A DNA stretch of 64,000 nucleotides from Bdellovibrionales bacterium. GTDB lineage: Bacteria > Bdellovibrionota > Bdellovibrionia > Bdellovibrionales > JAUICD01. Where the stretch lies: assembly GCA_965203275.1 (NCBI GenBank), contig OZ241865.1, forward strand, positions 576,001-640,000, in the 5' to 3' direction. Shown here in pieces: positions 52,661 through 62,523 of the stretch (positions are counted from its first letter, which is position 1; each line of letters starts with the position of its first letter). A program made the translations under genes and the position numbers. The notes under the pieces were generated by a model, which was not told the DNA's origin, ran no database searches, and saw only the letters and a list, made by a program, of their open reading frames with translations.

Positions 52661-53010
52661 GTTTCACTCAAAGTGACCAGGACTCAGGCCACTTTGAGTG
52701 AAAAAAAGAAGGAACTTTTTCCTTAACATGGTGTTAAGAGACAAGGAGATCCTTTCTACTAAAAGTAAACGGACTTTTGAGGTAGCCAGCCTTTGATCGA
52801 CGGCGAAAGCCGTCGGGCTGGCTATCCAAAAGTAGCCAGAGGCTAGTTTACTTTTAGTGAAACAAACTCCTTAACATGGTGTTAAGAGAGAAGGAGATCC
52901 TTCCTACTCAAAATGAGCGGGTTTTTGAGGCATTGCTCTTTTTGGACAGCGATAGCTGTCTGAGCAATGCCCAAAAACACACCAGAGGTGTGGCTCATTT
53001 TGAGTGAAAA
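52661..53010 (+). repeat. Minimal palindrome plus two tandem family-A elements upstream of the pilin gene
   Basis: Cores at 52758-52863 and 52906-53010. Confidence 0.9.
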
Positions 53011-53118
53011 AGGTTAGGTAAGCATCTGGGAGATACAAACAAGCCTAACTATAAAAGGTAAAAGAGGATGGTTTAAGATGCTATCCAAATTTTAATTAAT
53101 TAACGAAGGAGTTTTAAA

Positions 53119-53853
53119 ATGAAAAAGTTAAAATTTAATCAAAAGGGCTTTAGCTTAATCGAGCTAATGGTCGTCGTAGCAATTATTGGATTATTGGCCG
53201 CTGTGGCTATTCCAAACTATTCTAGGTTTCAAAAAAGGGCAATGCAAACTGAAGCAAAGGCTGCTTTAGGTGGCATTTATTTGGCCCAAATGACATTTAT
53301 CAATGAATGGGGTTTTGGTACTCCAAATCTTAATCAGTTAGGATATGTTCAAGAGGGAGAAGCTAGATACATAACAGGATGGAATAAAAACGATAATGTT
53401 GCCATGCCGTCCACAAGAAATGTAAATAGCACAAGTCGTGTGACGGGTTATAGAGGTCCTTTAGCTATCAATCCAGATGATGTAAATAATGAGCAAATAG
53501 GTGCATCTTTTGTCCCTGGTTATGACGATAAAATTGGTACTGTTAAACCCGAGCTACCAGTTCAAGGGAGTTGTGCTATAACAGCTCAGGCAGGGACGAA
53601 TTGTCCTACTAGTTGTCCATCCGTTGAAATTCATGCGACTACCAGGGTAGCCTCGTGTCCAGCGGCTACTGGTTTAAATGCTAACTGTACAACTTTCACA
53701 TGCGGTTTATCAAGAGGTGGAGTAGACAACACCAATTCTAAGAATATAGCCTTTACGATAAACTCAATTGCAAATCTTGGAGGTTCCAGATATGACGAAT
53801 GGACTATGACCGATGAGAAAACACTAACCAACACAGCAAGCGGAATTGACTAA
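53119..53853 (+). CDS. pilA: Type IV pilin
   Basis: QKG|FSLIELMVVVAIIGLLAAVAIPNY; RBS aaggag. Confidence 0.88.
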   Translation: MKKLKFNQKGFSLIELMVVVAIIGLLAAVAIPNYSRFQKRAMQTEAKAALGGIYLAQMTFINEWGFGTPNLNQLGYVQEGEARYITGWNKNDNVAMPSTRNVNSTSRVTGYRGPLAINPDDVNNEQIGASFVPGYDDKIGTVKPELPVQGSCAITAQAGTNCPTSCPSVEIHATTRVASCPAATGLNANCTTFTCGLSRGGVDNTNSKNIAFTINSIANLGGSRYDEWTMTDEKTLTNTASGID

Positions 53854-53876
53854 AATGTTCTTTGAATAACCTTTAG

Positions 53877-53904
53877 GCTATGGGTTTACAAGCCCATAGC
53901 TTTT
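53877..53904 (+). terminator. Intrinsic terminator after the pilin gene
   Basis: gctatggg..cccatagc followed by tttt. Confidence 0.7.
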
Positions 53905-53913
53905 ATTTTATCT

Positions 53914-54429
53914 TTGGAGAGTATAATCATGTTTAAAATAAGAAAAGCAATCAAATATTTAGCAAAGCCGAGACAATTTATGTATTTATTGGCTTTATTG
54001 GTCGTGGTTTGGATACATGCCTTTTATTTAATTTATAAATATAACTATCTAGCAGCCGAGGCCAAGACTGAAAGAAACCTTGAAAAGTATGAATTATCTC
54101 TTAACAAAACAATGCAAATAGATATTAACACTGGCCGGATGGCTTACGATGGTGTATTTGATCCGGATGAGGCTATCAGGGATAAGACAGTAGGTACTTT
54201 TGAGAGGTTTATCAATATATGTGATCGTGCTACATGTCGAGTGATCAGTGGGTTAAACCCGACAATTGATGTTTGCAATAAAGAGCTGTCAACATCCAGG
54301 ACTTTTCATAAGTATAGAGTGTATTCATGTAGTTTAAAAATCACAGTAGAAAATAATGAGCCTATGAATTGTACGAGGGTCAATTGGAGTGATGTAAAGG
54401 GCTTTTGTAAAAAATTAAATGATACATAA
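53914..54429 (+). CDS. Hypothetical membrane-anchored Cys-containing protein (start may be ATG 53929)
   Basis: One TM segment, 6 Cys; ggag precedes the second Met. Confidence 0.65.
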   Translation: MESIIMFKIRKAIKYLAKPRQFMYLLALLVVVWIHAFYLIYKYNYLAAEAKTERNLEKYELSLNKTMQIDINTGRMAYDGVFDPDEAIRDKTVGTFERFINICDRATCRVISGLNPTIDVCNKELSTSRTFHKYRVYSCSLKITVENNEPMNCTRVNWSDVKGFCKKLNDT

Positions 54430-54464
54430 ACCTTTTTGAGAACTTAATTATGAGTTTTCATTTT

Positions 54465-54494
54465 ACAGAAGGGCCAAATGGCCCTTCTGTTTTT
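54465..54494 (+). terminator. Intrinsic terminator
   Basis: acagaagggcc-aaat-ggcccttctgt-tttt. Confidence 0.75.
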
Positions 54495-54508
54495 AATAGG
54501 GGGGATAT

Positions 54509-54829
54509 ATGGACAAAGTTTTAGAACGATTAGTATTTGCTCTTATGATTATATGTTTACTGCCTCTTATCTTAATGTCTGTATTTATAGGTTTCTTTTC
54601 AATACCTTATATGATATTTTTTGAGACTTTTTTAGGCCCGATTTTAGGAAGGATAGCCGGCCTCTTGATGGGACTTTATTTTATTTATCTTTTTTGGGGA
54701 TCTGAAAATAAAATATTTATGATATGTTTTTTGGTGTTTTTTTATTTCTTTGCAGTTTTTAGTAGGATGCGGTTACTTCAATCGCTTGTTAATATGGAAA
54801 AAAGAAAGGATGCATCTCTACGGAATTAA
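54509..54829 (+). CDS. Small hypothetical multi-pass membrane protein
   Basis: 106 aa, mostly hydrophobic; G-rich RBS. Confidence 0.65.
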   Translation: MDKVLERLVFALMIICLLPLILMSVFIGFFSIPYMIFFETFLGPILGRIAGLLMGLYFIYLFWGSENKIFMICFLVFFYFFAVFSRMRLLQSLVNMEKRKDASLRN

Positions 54830-55019
54830 AAAATACCGACGTTAAATAGACATAACCTTTAATTTTAAAGTTTAAGCATGATCGAATATACGGGCCGTTT
54901 GCTACGGCCCTTATATTCTTATTTACACAATTTCTTTTTTAATTTTTAAGCTTTTCATTTTTATACAATCCTTCTTAATTCATTCTTAAAAGTTATACAC
55001 ACTTTAAAAAAATGACTTA

Positions 55020-55144
55020 TTTTGTTTTGTTGAGGATTTGATTGAGTTGATCAGTAAAGTCTTTTTCTGCTTTGTTAAGGCGATCTTCACAGGGTTTTCT
55101 GATACGGTTTTTGATGTTCCCTCCTTCTGTTTGTTAAGTGACCG
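55020..55144 (-). pseudogene. Degenerate duplicate of the 3' end of ORF 59047-59541
   Basis: Direct repeat of 59066-59193 with small indels. Confidence 0.85.
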
Positions 55145-55305
55145 ATGTGAGACATTCAAAAAAGGTCAACAATGATATAATTATTATAAAAAACATCCAA
55201 GAAATACCTTGGAGTTTGACTTAAGTTTTTAAGATACGACTCTCAGAGGTTTAAGGCAGTAAGACTCTCTCATAAAAGCCAGTCCTTAAAAATTCTTTGA
55301 TATCA

Positions 55306-58300
55306 TTAAGGATTGATTTTAACAGGTGGTCTTTCTTCTTCAAAGTAGATAGACCCTTTAGGTACTTCATCAACAAGTTTAAATAAACCCTTATATGTTA
55401 CTATTCCATAAAATCCATCCTTAAAAGAGAATGAAAATAATTCTTTTTCACCACTCACTAACCAAAATAACTCTAAATCTTTTTGGGCTAACCATTCTTT
55501 TAATTTATGACTTTCCATTAGGGCATAACTTGGGCCATATTCCTTAATACTTGGATCGCAAAAAACCACGTTATCTTTATCTTGCCATGATCCAAAATCA
55601 CTGGTTCTGTTGAGATTCAAATCCTTTATGAATTCTCTTGGAGGAGTATAAAATGATATTGTATCATCAATAGAATAGTCTTGGTTTCCTTGTTCCCAAT
55701 GGTATTTTAAGTAAGGTACAAAGCATCTAATAGATCCTAATGATTCATACTTAGACCTTATAGAATTTATATCAAGATGCCCCCATCCTGATATAAGTTG
55801 ACAATTAAAGTGCCAAGGATGTTCTCCAAAAAATTTTTGATCATCTATAGATGGAAACTCAAGCATTTCAGAAGATGCAATATATTTGTTTTCTAAATTT
55901 TTCTCTATTAAATGACAATCTTTTTTAGGAACACAAATAGATTCAATGCTAAACCATCCATTTAATCTTGGAGCATCTTTATCTTCAATAGATTCTTTTT
56001 GTTGCTCGTGCCAATAACCAGATAATACTGACCAGCTATTTTTATTATTAGGATTTTCTATTTGTAATAACTTAGAAAAATCAGGAATTTGTTTTTTATT
56101 CCATAAATATTTCTTTTGATCTTCAATATTTTCTATTTTATGAAATGAAAATTGATAGGGTTGCCACCATGTATTGCTCTTATTGTGAGATGATTTGTAT
56201 TCACCATTTTTTCTTATCCATATTGTGGGATCAATATCTCTTACCCATATTTGCCATGGGCCTTTATATTTTTGTTCATTAGAATCATCAAATCTTTCTC
56301 CAATAAAATGTACATTGTCGGATAAGTACGCCAACAGCTCGTGGAAAGCAATCCACTGGTATTTTTTTCCTATTCTCTCTATTCTTTCTGGCAGAGGAGT
56401 CTTTCTATCTGTATATTGAAAATTTCTAATTTTTCGTTCGAAGTTTAAAAATAATTTTTCTGACCAACCAAGTTGATAGGCACGTTGACAGACCCATCTT
56501 TGGGCCCATTTGCGACTGAATTCAGCAGGATCATTACGTAAACTAGACAGCCATCTATCATATTCCTCTCTATCTTCTTTATCTAACTTTTCTTTAGCAA
56601 ATTTCTCTCTTAAATCTTCTGGTGTTTCTGGAAAAGGTTGATTCAAAGATGTTGGTGAGAAATCATGAACACACCTCATAATGTACTTTCCAAAATCACC
56701 ATTTATTACAGAATGTTTTATAATTGATATGCTACCAGCTATTTCCTCAATTTGCTTGTTGCTAGGGTTTTCTATTGGCCATCGACTTTTATATGGTGGA
56801 CGAAACTGCTGAACTTTTATATGTTGAGGAAGCAAACCTTTACACAAAGTAAATTCTAAAATACCACGTGCATAATCTCTTAGAAGTATATGAGGCTTTG
56901 CATCTTCAAATACAAATTTAAAAGTAGCCTCTGCTATTTTTGAAATTAATTGATGATCAGAGGAAACATTACAAATGACTCCATATACAACAGCATATAG
57001 CCTTTCAACCAAATAGAGATCATTCACTGAATGAAATTTACACAGTAAGTTTAGTAAAAGAGAAGGATACTGTGAGAGCATTCGTACCAATGATTTTGTG
57101 GCTCTATCCCTCAACCTTCTATTAGATGTAGTGAGAAACCAAAACAAAACAATGGCACATAGTCTTATTCTCTCTTCTTCTACCTTTTCTATATTTCCGG
57201 AATGAGACCACTCAATAATATCTTGTATAATAGACTCTGAAGTGTAATTTAAAGCTAGATAGGTTGACCAATATGAATCACGTTCAGGCATAGTTTTATT
57301 TACTAAACTCTTATGTAGAAAATCTGCATTCCAAGGATGTGAAGGTTCTGTTGATAACTTTAATAAAATATCAAGATGATGACCTTCAAAATTTTTCATT
57401 CTATCAAATTTTAAAAATAAAGGATTGGTAAACTCTGGATATAATACAGGCATACTAGGCTTTGAAATACCTTGTTTAGACAAATATATCTCTGTAGCAC
57501 GACGTTCACATCCTTGAAATCCTGGATGTTTAATTGGCACAAGACTCTCTTCATTGGTACTGTTTAATGATTGATCCCCAGACATTTCCTTATGAATATT
57601 ATCTGGTAATAGATATTTTAAATAAGTGCTTCGACAGCTTAAAAGAATTGCGATATTTTTAAATTGAGATATTTGCGACAAAAAGCCACTGAGATGGTTT
57701 TGCCAATCTTCCTTGTGTAGACCCTCATTGATAGCATCAATCATAATCAAAGTCCTTGAACCTGATCTTTCTCCAAGAGCATCTATTGCTCCAAGGACCT
57801 GTGAATTAGTGTAATGCTCAAGATCAAGAGAGTTTTTTATAAGAGAAATAGGATCACTACCACCATATTGAGACCCTAAAAGAAAAATAATAGGCAATTT
57901 ATTTTTTACTCTGTACAGAGCTATATCACACATTAAGTGTGATTTGCCAATCCCTGCATCACCATATAGGAGAGCCACTCCGACCTTTGCTGCTCTGAGA
58001 AATTTACTATCTAAAAATTCAGAAAGCTGGTATAATGCGTTAGAAAAACGACGAAAAAGTCGCCTATTATTTAACTCATCATTTATAAAAAAATTTAAAA
58101 CATCGGGATTCTTTTCTATACTATCTATTTGCTTTTTTATCTCATTTATACAGGACAAAATATTCTTGTGTTTTAATCCATTCAATAGATTATCTCTCAA
58201 TTGAGAATATTGAATTTGTAGCTTTTTAATATTGTCTTTATCAGAGCTATCTATAAATCCTCTAAAAAAGTCTTCACTTCTCTCATTTAGTTCTTGTACT

Positions 58301-58977
58301 TTTTTTCTAAAATCTTCCCACCATTGAGGGTGAAGACAGAAGGCTTCAAGGTTTTTAGAAATTGGTAGATTGACATGAAATTCAGGTGTGTATCTATCTC
58401 CTAATGTTTTTCTTGATCTATTTGCTAAGTCTTCAAGCTTTTTAGAAGATAATACAGTTTCATCGAACCAAAATAAAGCCTTACCAGAATATTCTGGATC
58501 ATCAATGGTTAAGAAATTTGTTATTTCATGTTTCCCCCAATATTCAATTTCAATATTACGATTTTTCTCATTAGCAAGATTTTTCCATTTTTTGACATGT
58601 TCATTCCATTTGTCCTCAAAAGATTCGGATTGCTTATTTTTATTTTGCTTTCTACTATCAGGTTTATCAAAAGGCAGACAAATGATATATTTTATTAATT
58701 TAGGATGTTTATTTAAAGCTGTTTCAAATGAGTTACACAGCTGGGTCCATTGGGATGATTTCATTCCATCTATAAAATACTTTGCTTGCCAGCATATCTC
58801 AGATTCATCAGTTAATACCCAATAACATTCAACGCCCGCATCACCTCCTAGGCCTTTCCTTATAAAATGTGATGCATTCTGAGGTTTTTGTAGACGGGCC
58901 AATTGACAAATGAGTTCTTCAAATCCAAAATTTTGACTTCCGTTATATGGTCTGATTTTAGAGAAATCAATATTCAT
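55306..58977 (-). CDS. AVAST/Avs-like STAND NTPase with an N-terminal Mrr-like nuclease
   Basis: FEELICQL..GDAGVE..WQAKYF nuclease-like motif; Walker A GDAGIGKS; Walker B IMIDAINE; NPLFLK; ERIGKKYQWIA. Confidence 0.75.
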   Translation of the reverse strand: MNIDFSKIRPYNGSQNFGFEELICQLARLQKPQNASHFIRKGLGGDAGVECYWVLTDESEICWQAKYFIDGMKSSQWTQLCNSFETALNKHPKLIKYIICLPFDKPDSRKQNKNKQSESFEDKWNEHVKKWKNLANEKNRNIEIEYWGKHEITNFLTIDDPEYSGKALFWFDETVLSSKKLEDLANRSRKTLGDRYTPEFHVNLPISKNLEAFCLHPQWWEDFRKKVQELNERSEDFFRGFIDSSDKDNIKKLQIQYSQLRDNLLNGLKHKNILSCINEIKKQIDSIEKNPDVLNFFINDELNNRRLFRRFSNALYQLSEFLDSKFLRAAKVGVALLYGDAGIGKSHLMCDIALYRVKNKLPIIFLLGSQYGGSDPISLIKNSLDLEHYTNSQVLGAIDALGERSGSRTLIMIDAINEGLHKEDWQNHLSGFLSQISQFKNIAILLSCRSTYLKYLLPDNIHKEMSGDQSLNSTNEESLVPIKHPGFQGCERRATEIYLSKQGISKPSMPVLYPEFTNPLFLKFDRMKNFEGHHLDILLKLSTEPSHPWNADFLHKSLVNKTMPERDSYWSTYLALNYTSESIIQDIIEWSHSGNIEKVEEERIRLCAIVLFWFLTTSNRRLRDRATKSLVRMLSQYPSLLLNLLCKFHSVNDLYLVERLYAVVYGVICNVSSDHQLISKIAEATFKFVFEDAKPHILLRDYARGILEFTLCKGLLPQHIKVQQFRPPYKSRWPIENPSNKQIEEIAGSISIIKHSVINGDFGKYIMRCVHDFSPTSLNQPFPETPEDLREKFAKEKLDKEDREEYDRWLSSLRNDPAEFSRKWAQRWVCQRAYQLGWSEKLFLNFERKIRNFQYTDRKTPLPERIERIGKKYQWIAFHELLAYLSDNVHFIGERFDDSNEQKYKGPWQIWVRDIDPTIWIRKNGEYKSSHNKSNTWWQPYQFSFHKIENIEDQKKYLWNKKQIPDFSKLLQIENPNNKNSWSVLSGYWHEQQKESIEDKDAPRLNGWFSIESICVPKKDCHLIEKNLENKYIASSEMLEFPSIDDQKFFGEHPWHFNCQLISGWGHLDINSIRSKYESLGSIRCFVPYLKYHWEQGNQDYSIDDTISFYTPPREFIKDLNLNRTSDFGSWQDKDNVVFCDPSIKEYGPSYALMESHKLKEWLAQKDLELFWLVSGEKELFSFSFKDGFYGIVTYKGLFKLVDEVPKGSIYFEEERPPVKINP

Positions 58978-59046
58978 TTTTAGTCCTTTTTAGGTATCTA
59001 AGGTATTTTAATATCAAGAAAACTTTTATAATATAAAAAATCATTA

Positions 59047-59541
59047 TTATTGGCTTGTTTTGTCTTTTGTTTTGTTGAGGATTTGATTGAGTTGATCAGT
59101 AAAGTCTTTTTCTGCTTTGTTAAGGCGATCTTCACAGGGGTTTTCTGATACGGTTTTTGATGTTCCCTCCTTTTGTTGTTTGTTAAGTGACCGGTTCGTA
59201 CAACCAATGTAATCAAGAACCCCCTTGTTTCTGGTATCACAAAGGTTGTTGATTCTTTTACAGGCATCATCTGATCGTTGGAATTGTTCAAATGTTCTCA
59301 TATTAGCCGATGTGCTGACACTGTTATTGCTATTGACAATAAAGACCAAGTAATTACACTTACAAAAGCTCTTGATCTCTTGTGCGTAAGTGGACTGTGT
59401 ATGTAAAAACATAAACAATAAAGCTATAAAAATAAATTTACAAATCACTATCTTTAAAGGACGAATATTAAAATGTTGCTCTTGAGCAAAGCACCTGATA
59501 TTTTTTATTATAAATTGAAAGTTTCTATCTTGATCATTCAT
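59047..59541 (-). CDS. Hypothetical, apparently chimeric protein
   Basis: The first ~31 aa resemble the pre-Walker-A start of ABC/AAA ATPases; a signal-peptide-like segment and a Cys-containing domain follow. Confidence 0.5.
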   Translation of the reverse strand: MNDQDRNFQFIIKNIRCFAQEQHFNIRPLKIVICKFIFIALLFMFLHTQSTYAQEIKSFCKCNYLVFIVNSNNSVSTSANMRTFEQFQRSDDACKRINNLCDTRNKGVLDYIGCTNRSLNKQQKEGTSKTVSENPCEDRLNKAEKDFTDQLNQILNKTKDKTSQ

Positions 59542-59598
59542 TCTATGTCCTTCTAAACTATATGAAACTAAACTGTATTAAAAAAACAAACTATTCCA

Positions 59599-62163
59599 TC
59601 AAAGGGATTCTACAGCAAAGCTCTCAATCCCTCGATCATCTACGATTTTGACAGCAATTCTTTTATGTTCTTCTGCCTCAAAAGGGATAGACTCTGTCCC
59701 TTGAAATTTATCTATAAGATCTTCATTGATCTCTGATTTTAATGTTTTCTTAAGCTTAGACCATCCATCCTTATTGCCAGAAGGAGGGAAGAATACCTGA
59801 CGTGGATATAAACAGCGATCATCATAATTGGTATCTAACATCCAAAGTGCAATCTTGTTTTTACCTCCAGAGATGATTTCATCTGTTCTAGTATCAAAAT
59901 AATCAAACCCTTCCACACGGGCAATGTATTTGCCTTTATGCTCACCCTTTTTGATTTTTTCTATCTGCACATCTGGTTCACCTATTAACCAAAAGCTTTT
60001 CTCTTTTTCATTTTTTATTTTCTGTTTAAGATCAAAGGTAAATAAGTCATTGTTCATTTGCACTTTCAATATTTTTGTTTTGCCTATGTTTATTTCTTGT
60101 ATATCTTTAGAACAGTCAGCATCAAATTGAAAGGCACAAAAGATCACCAAGTCAGTTCGATAAACCTTAGCTTCTGTAAGAGCTTCTTCCACTTGACGCT
60201 TTTCTAAAAGAGAGTAAGGGGAAGTAAAACACACAATAACTTTTTGCCCATCTTGAGTTTCACCCTCTGCATGGATGTACTGAGCATCATGGATGAGTTC
60301 AAGCCTTGTAAATGCAATATCCTTAGAAAGCCCCTTTTTCCCTCTAATGCCATTTTGTTTAAGATTGTCAAACCATTCTGCTTCAAATTTGATTTGCTCT
60401 CCATAAGGTTTGTCTTTGGTGGTACTTTCTACCCTTGTGGCAGGCACAGCTTCCACAGTAAAAGGCCCAGACACACGCAATTTTGTTTTATCTATAAGAG
60501 GTTGATCGTATAGTATTTCTTGCGGGGCATGGCGTGCGATCGCCTCCTCTATGGCTTTTTGACTCATGCCTTCTTTGATGTCTGGATTGTTAGCAATAGA
60601 TTTTAAGGTGATGTGAGGGACTGTCTTGTAGTTAAAGCCACTACTGACACCTTGGGCAGGTTCTTTGATTTGGTAATAGTCAAATGTGGCTGTCATTAAT
60701 CTTTGTTTAGCCAGAGCAAGGGCTACACGAGAGGTGTCACAGGTAATCCAACGACGCCCCCACTTTTCTGCCACGTAAGCCGTTGTGCCACTACCACAAG
60801 TGGGGTCAAGGACAAGGTCGCCTGGATCTGTGGTCATTAAGATACAACGCTGGATGACTTTTTCATTCGTTTGTACAATATATTTTAAATCTGTTGCTCC
60901 CATTAGGTCAGACCATATATTAGTCAAAGAAGTCACCGGGAAGTCTCTAAACATCATTTTATATCTTATACTATTTTTTGAAATTAATAATCTTCTAGCC
61001 TTGTGTAATTTTTTAATTCCTTCTAATGTTGTTTTCCAATGAGCATTATTGCGAGGCTTAAAGGTTTGTCCATTGATTTCTATTTCTCTTGATCCCATTT
61101 CAGATGAACCAGATGATTCCATAGAAACAGATTGAAAAATAAAATCTTTGTTTTTATTAAAATAAGAAATATTCTTGTCTTCTTGAGTAATAGATGTGAT
61201 TTCTTTTTTATTTTTATTTTCAATAAAATTGTAACTTTTTAGTAAGTGCAAAGAAGATGAACGATCCATGTATAATTTTCTCCATTTAGTCATTTTTTTG
61301 TTTTTTCCATAACAAATAATATAATCACATGTATTTGACATATAATTTGATGGAAGACTACCAGTCTTTTGAAATGTGATATTAGTGACAAAATTTTCTT
61401 TGCCAAAAATTTCATCCATTAAATTACGCACAAGATGGACATTTTCGTCAGAGATTTGCACAAAGCAAGAGCCACTTTCTGTCAATAGCTCCTTTGCTAG
61501 TAACAACCGATCACGAAGATAAGTCAAATAAGAGTGAATGCCAAGCTCCCATGTATCTCGAAAAGCTTTGATCATCTCAGGCTCTGCCGTAAGGTCTTCG
61601 TCTTTACGATCTTGCACATTTCTTTTGCCAATAAAAGGTTGAAAATTAGAGCCGTACTCAATGCCGTAAGGTGGGTCAATATAGATGCACTGCACTTTAC
61701 CAGCCATTGCCTCTTTTTGCAGAAGGGAGTTCATCACCAAAAGAGAATCACCAGCAATCAAACGATTGCTCCAAAGCTTTTCATGTTGATAAAATTCAAT
61801 TTCTTTTTTGATAGGCCTTTGTTCTGTCGGATTATGGAAAAAGCACAATTGCCGAGTGTCAATGGTGTTTCTCTTGCGAACAATCTCAATAATGCTTCGA
61901 GGGTCTATTTTTTCATGAATATGAAGGGGAACAAGAGGCACTTCAAAAGAAAGCCTCTCAGCTTTACCTGCCCAATCAAGTTGTGGGTCAAAATGTGGGT
62001 CATATTTGTACTGATCGGATTTTAACCCGTGTGAGTATTTTTGAGTTTTCACAAGAGGCTTATCTGTTGTAGAAGTCACAAGCCCTACCTGCGGGTTGTT
62101 AGCCCTTCTTTGCCCCTTATGTTTATAAATCTCAATTGTCTTTTGTGTGATCTGCTTTGCCAT
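59599..62163 (-). CDS. mod: Type III R-M adenine methyltransferase Mod subunit
   Basis: IYIDPPYG precedes DPTCGSGTT (beta order); AT-richer central target-recognition region. Confidence 0.9.
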   Translation of the reverse strand: MAKQITQKTIEIYKHKGQRRANNPQVGLVTSTTDKPLVKTQKYSHGLKSDQYKYDPHFDPQLDWAGKAERLSFEVPLVPLHIHEKIDPRSIIEIVRKRNTIDTRQLCFFHNPTEQRPIKKEIEFYQHEKLWSNRLIAGDSLLVMNSLLQKEAMAGKVQCIYIDPPYGIEYGSNFQPFIGKRNVQDRKDEDLTAEPEMIKAFRDTWELGIHSYLTYLRDRLLLAKELLTESGSCFVQISDENVHLVRNLMDEIFGKENFVTNITFQKTGSLPSNYMSNTCDYIICYGKNKKMTKWRKLYMDRSSSLHLLKSYNFIENKNKKEITSITQEDKNISYFNKNKDFIFQSVSMESSGSSEMGSREIEINGQTFKPRNNAHWKTTLEGIKKLHKARRLLISKNSIRYKMMFRDFPVTSLTNIWSDLMGATDLKYIVQTNEKVIQRCILMTTDPGDLVLDPTCGSGTTAYVAEKWGRRWITCDTSRVALALAKQRLMTATFDYYQIKEPAQGVSSGFNYKTVPHITLKSIANNPDIKEGMSQKAIEEAIARHAPQEILYDQPLIDKTKLRVSGPFTVEAVPATRVESTTKDKPYGEQIKFEAEWFDNLKQNGIRGKKGLSKDIAFTRLELIHDAQYIHAEGETQDGQKVIVCFTSPYSLLEKRQVEEALTEAKVYRTDLVIFCAFQFDADCSKDIQEINIGKTKILKVQMNNDLFTFDLKQKIKNEKEKSFWLIGEPDVQIEKIKKGEHKGKYIARVEGFDYFDTRTDEIISGGKNKIALWMLDTNYDDRCLYPRQVFFPPSGNKDGWSKLKKTLKSEINEDLIDKFQGTESIPFEAEEHKRIAVKIVDDRGIESFAVESL

Positions 62164-62392
62164 TCTATTTTCTCTTTGTTTTTATATTTATGTTATTGCT
62201 GATTTGATATTTTTTGAGAAAAAGTTAAAATTATTTGTAAAAAGTTTTAAAATAGCATTATTATAATATATCAAAATGTTGTATAAGTCTTATGTTGTTA
62301 TAATTGTTTTGTCAAATAACACTTATAAAATAAAGGCTTATAAAATAAAATTTATAATAAAATTTATTAAAATAAAGCTTATTAAAATAAAA

Positions 62393-62482
62393 GCCCGAGT
62401 GGCGAAATTGGTAGACGCACAGGACTTAAAATCCTGCGACTTTAATAAAGTCGTGCCAGTTCAAATCTGGCCTTGGGCACCA
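62393..62482 (+). tRNA. tRNA-Leu(TAA)
   Basis: gcccgag/cttgggc acceptor stem, D-arm ggcgaaattggtagacgc, anticodon arm cagga-ctTAAaa-tcctg, long variable arm, gttcaaatc T-loop, encoded CCA. Confidence 0.96.
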
Positions 62483-62523
62483 TTATCTACTCATAACTTA
62501 TGAATAATATGAAATTTACAGGA

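Noticed and set aside
53010..53118. Sigma54 promoter or c-di-GMP riboswitch before the pilin gene
   Set aside because: The best GG..GC candidate (tggtttaagatgc) has 8 rather than 10 intervening bases, and no GEMM consensus was found by eye.
45600..62482. tRNA-anchored integrative element or prophage
   Set aside because: No integrase or phage genes, no duplicated tRNA 3' end seen, and the block lies on the tRNA's 5' side.
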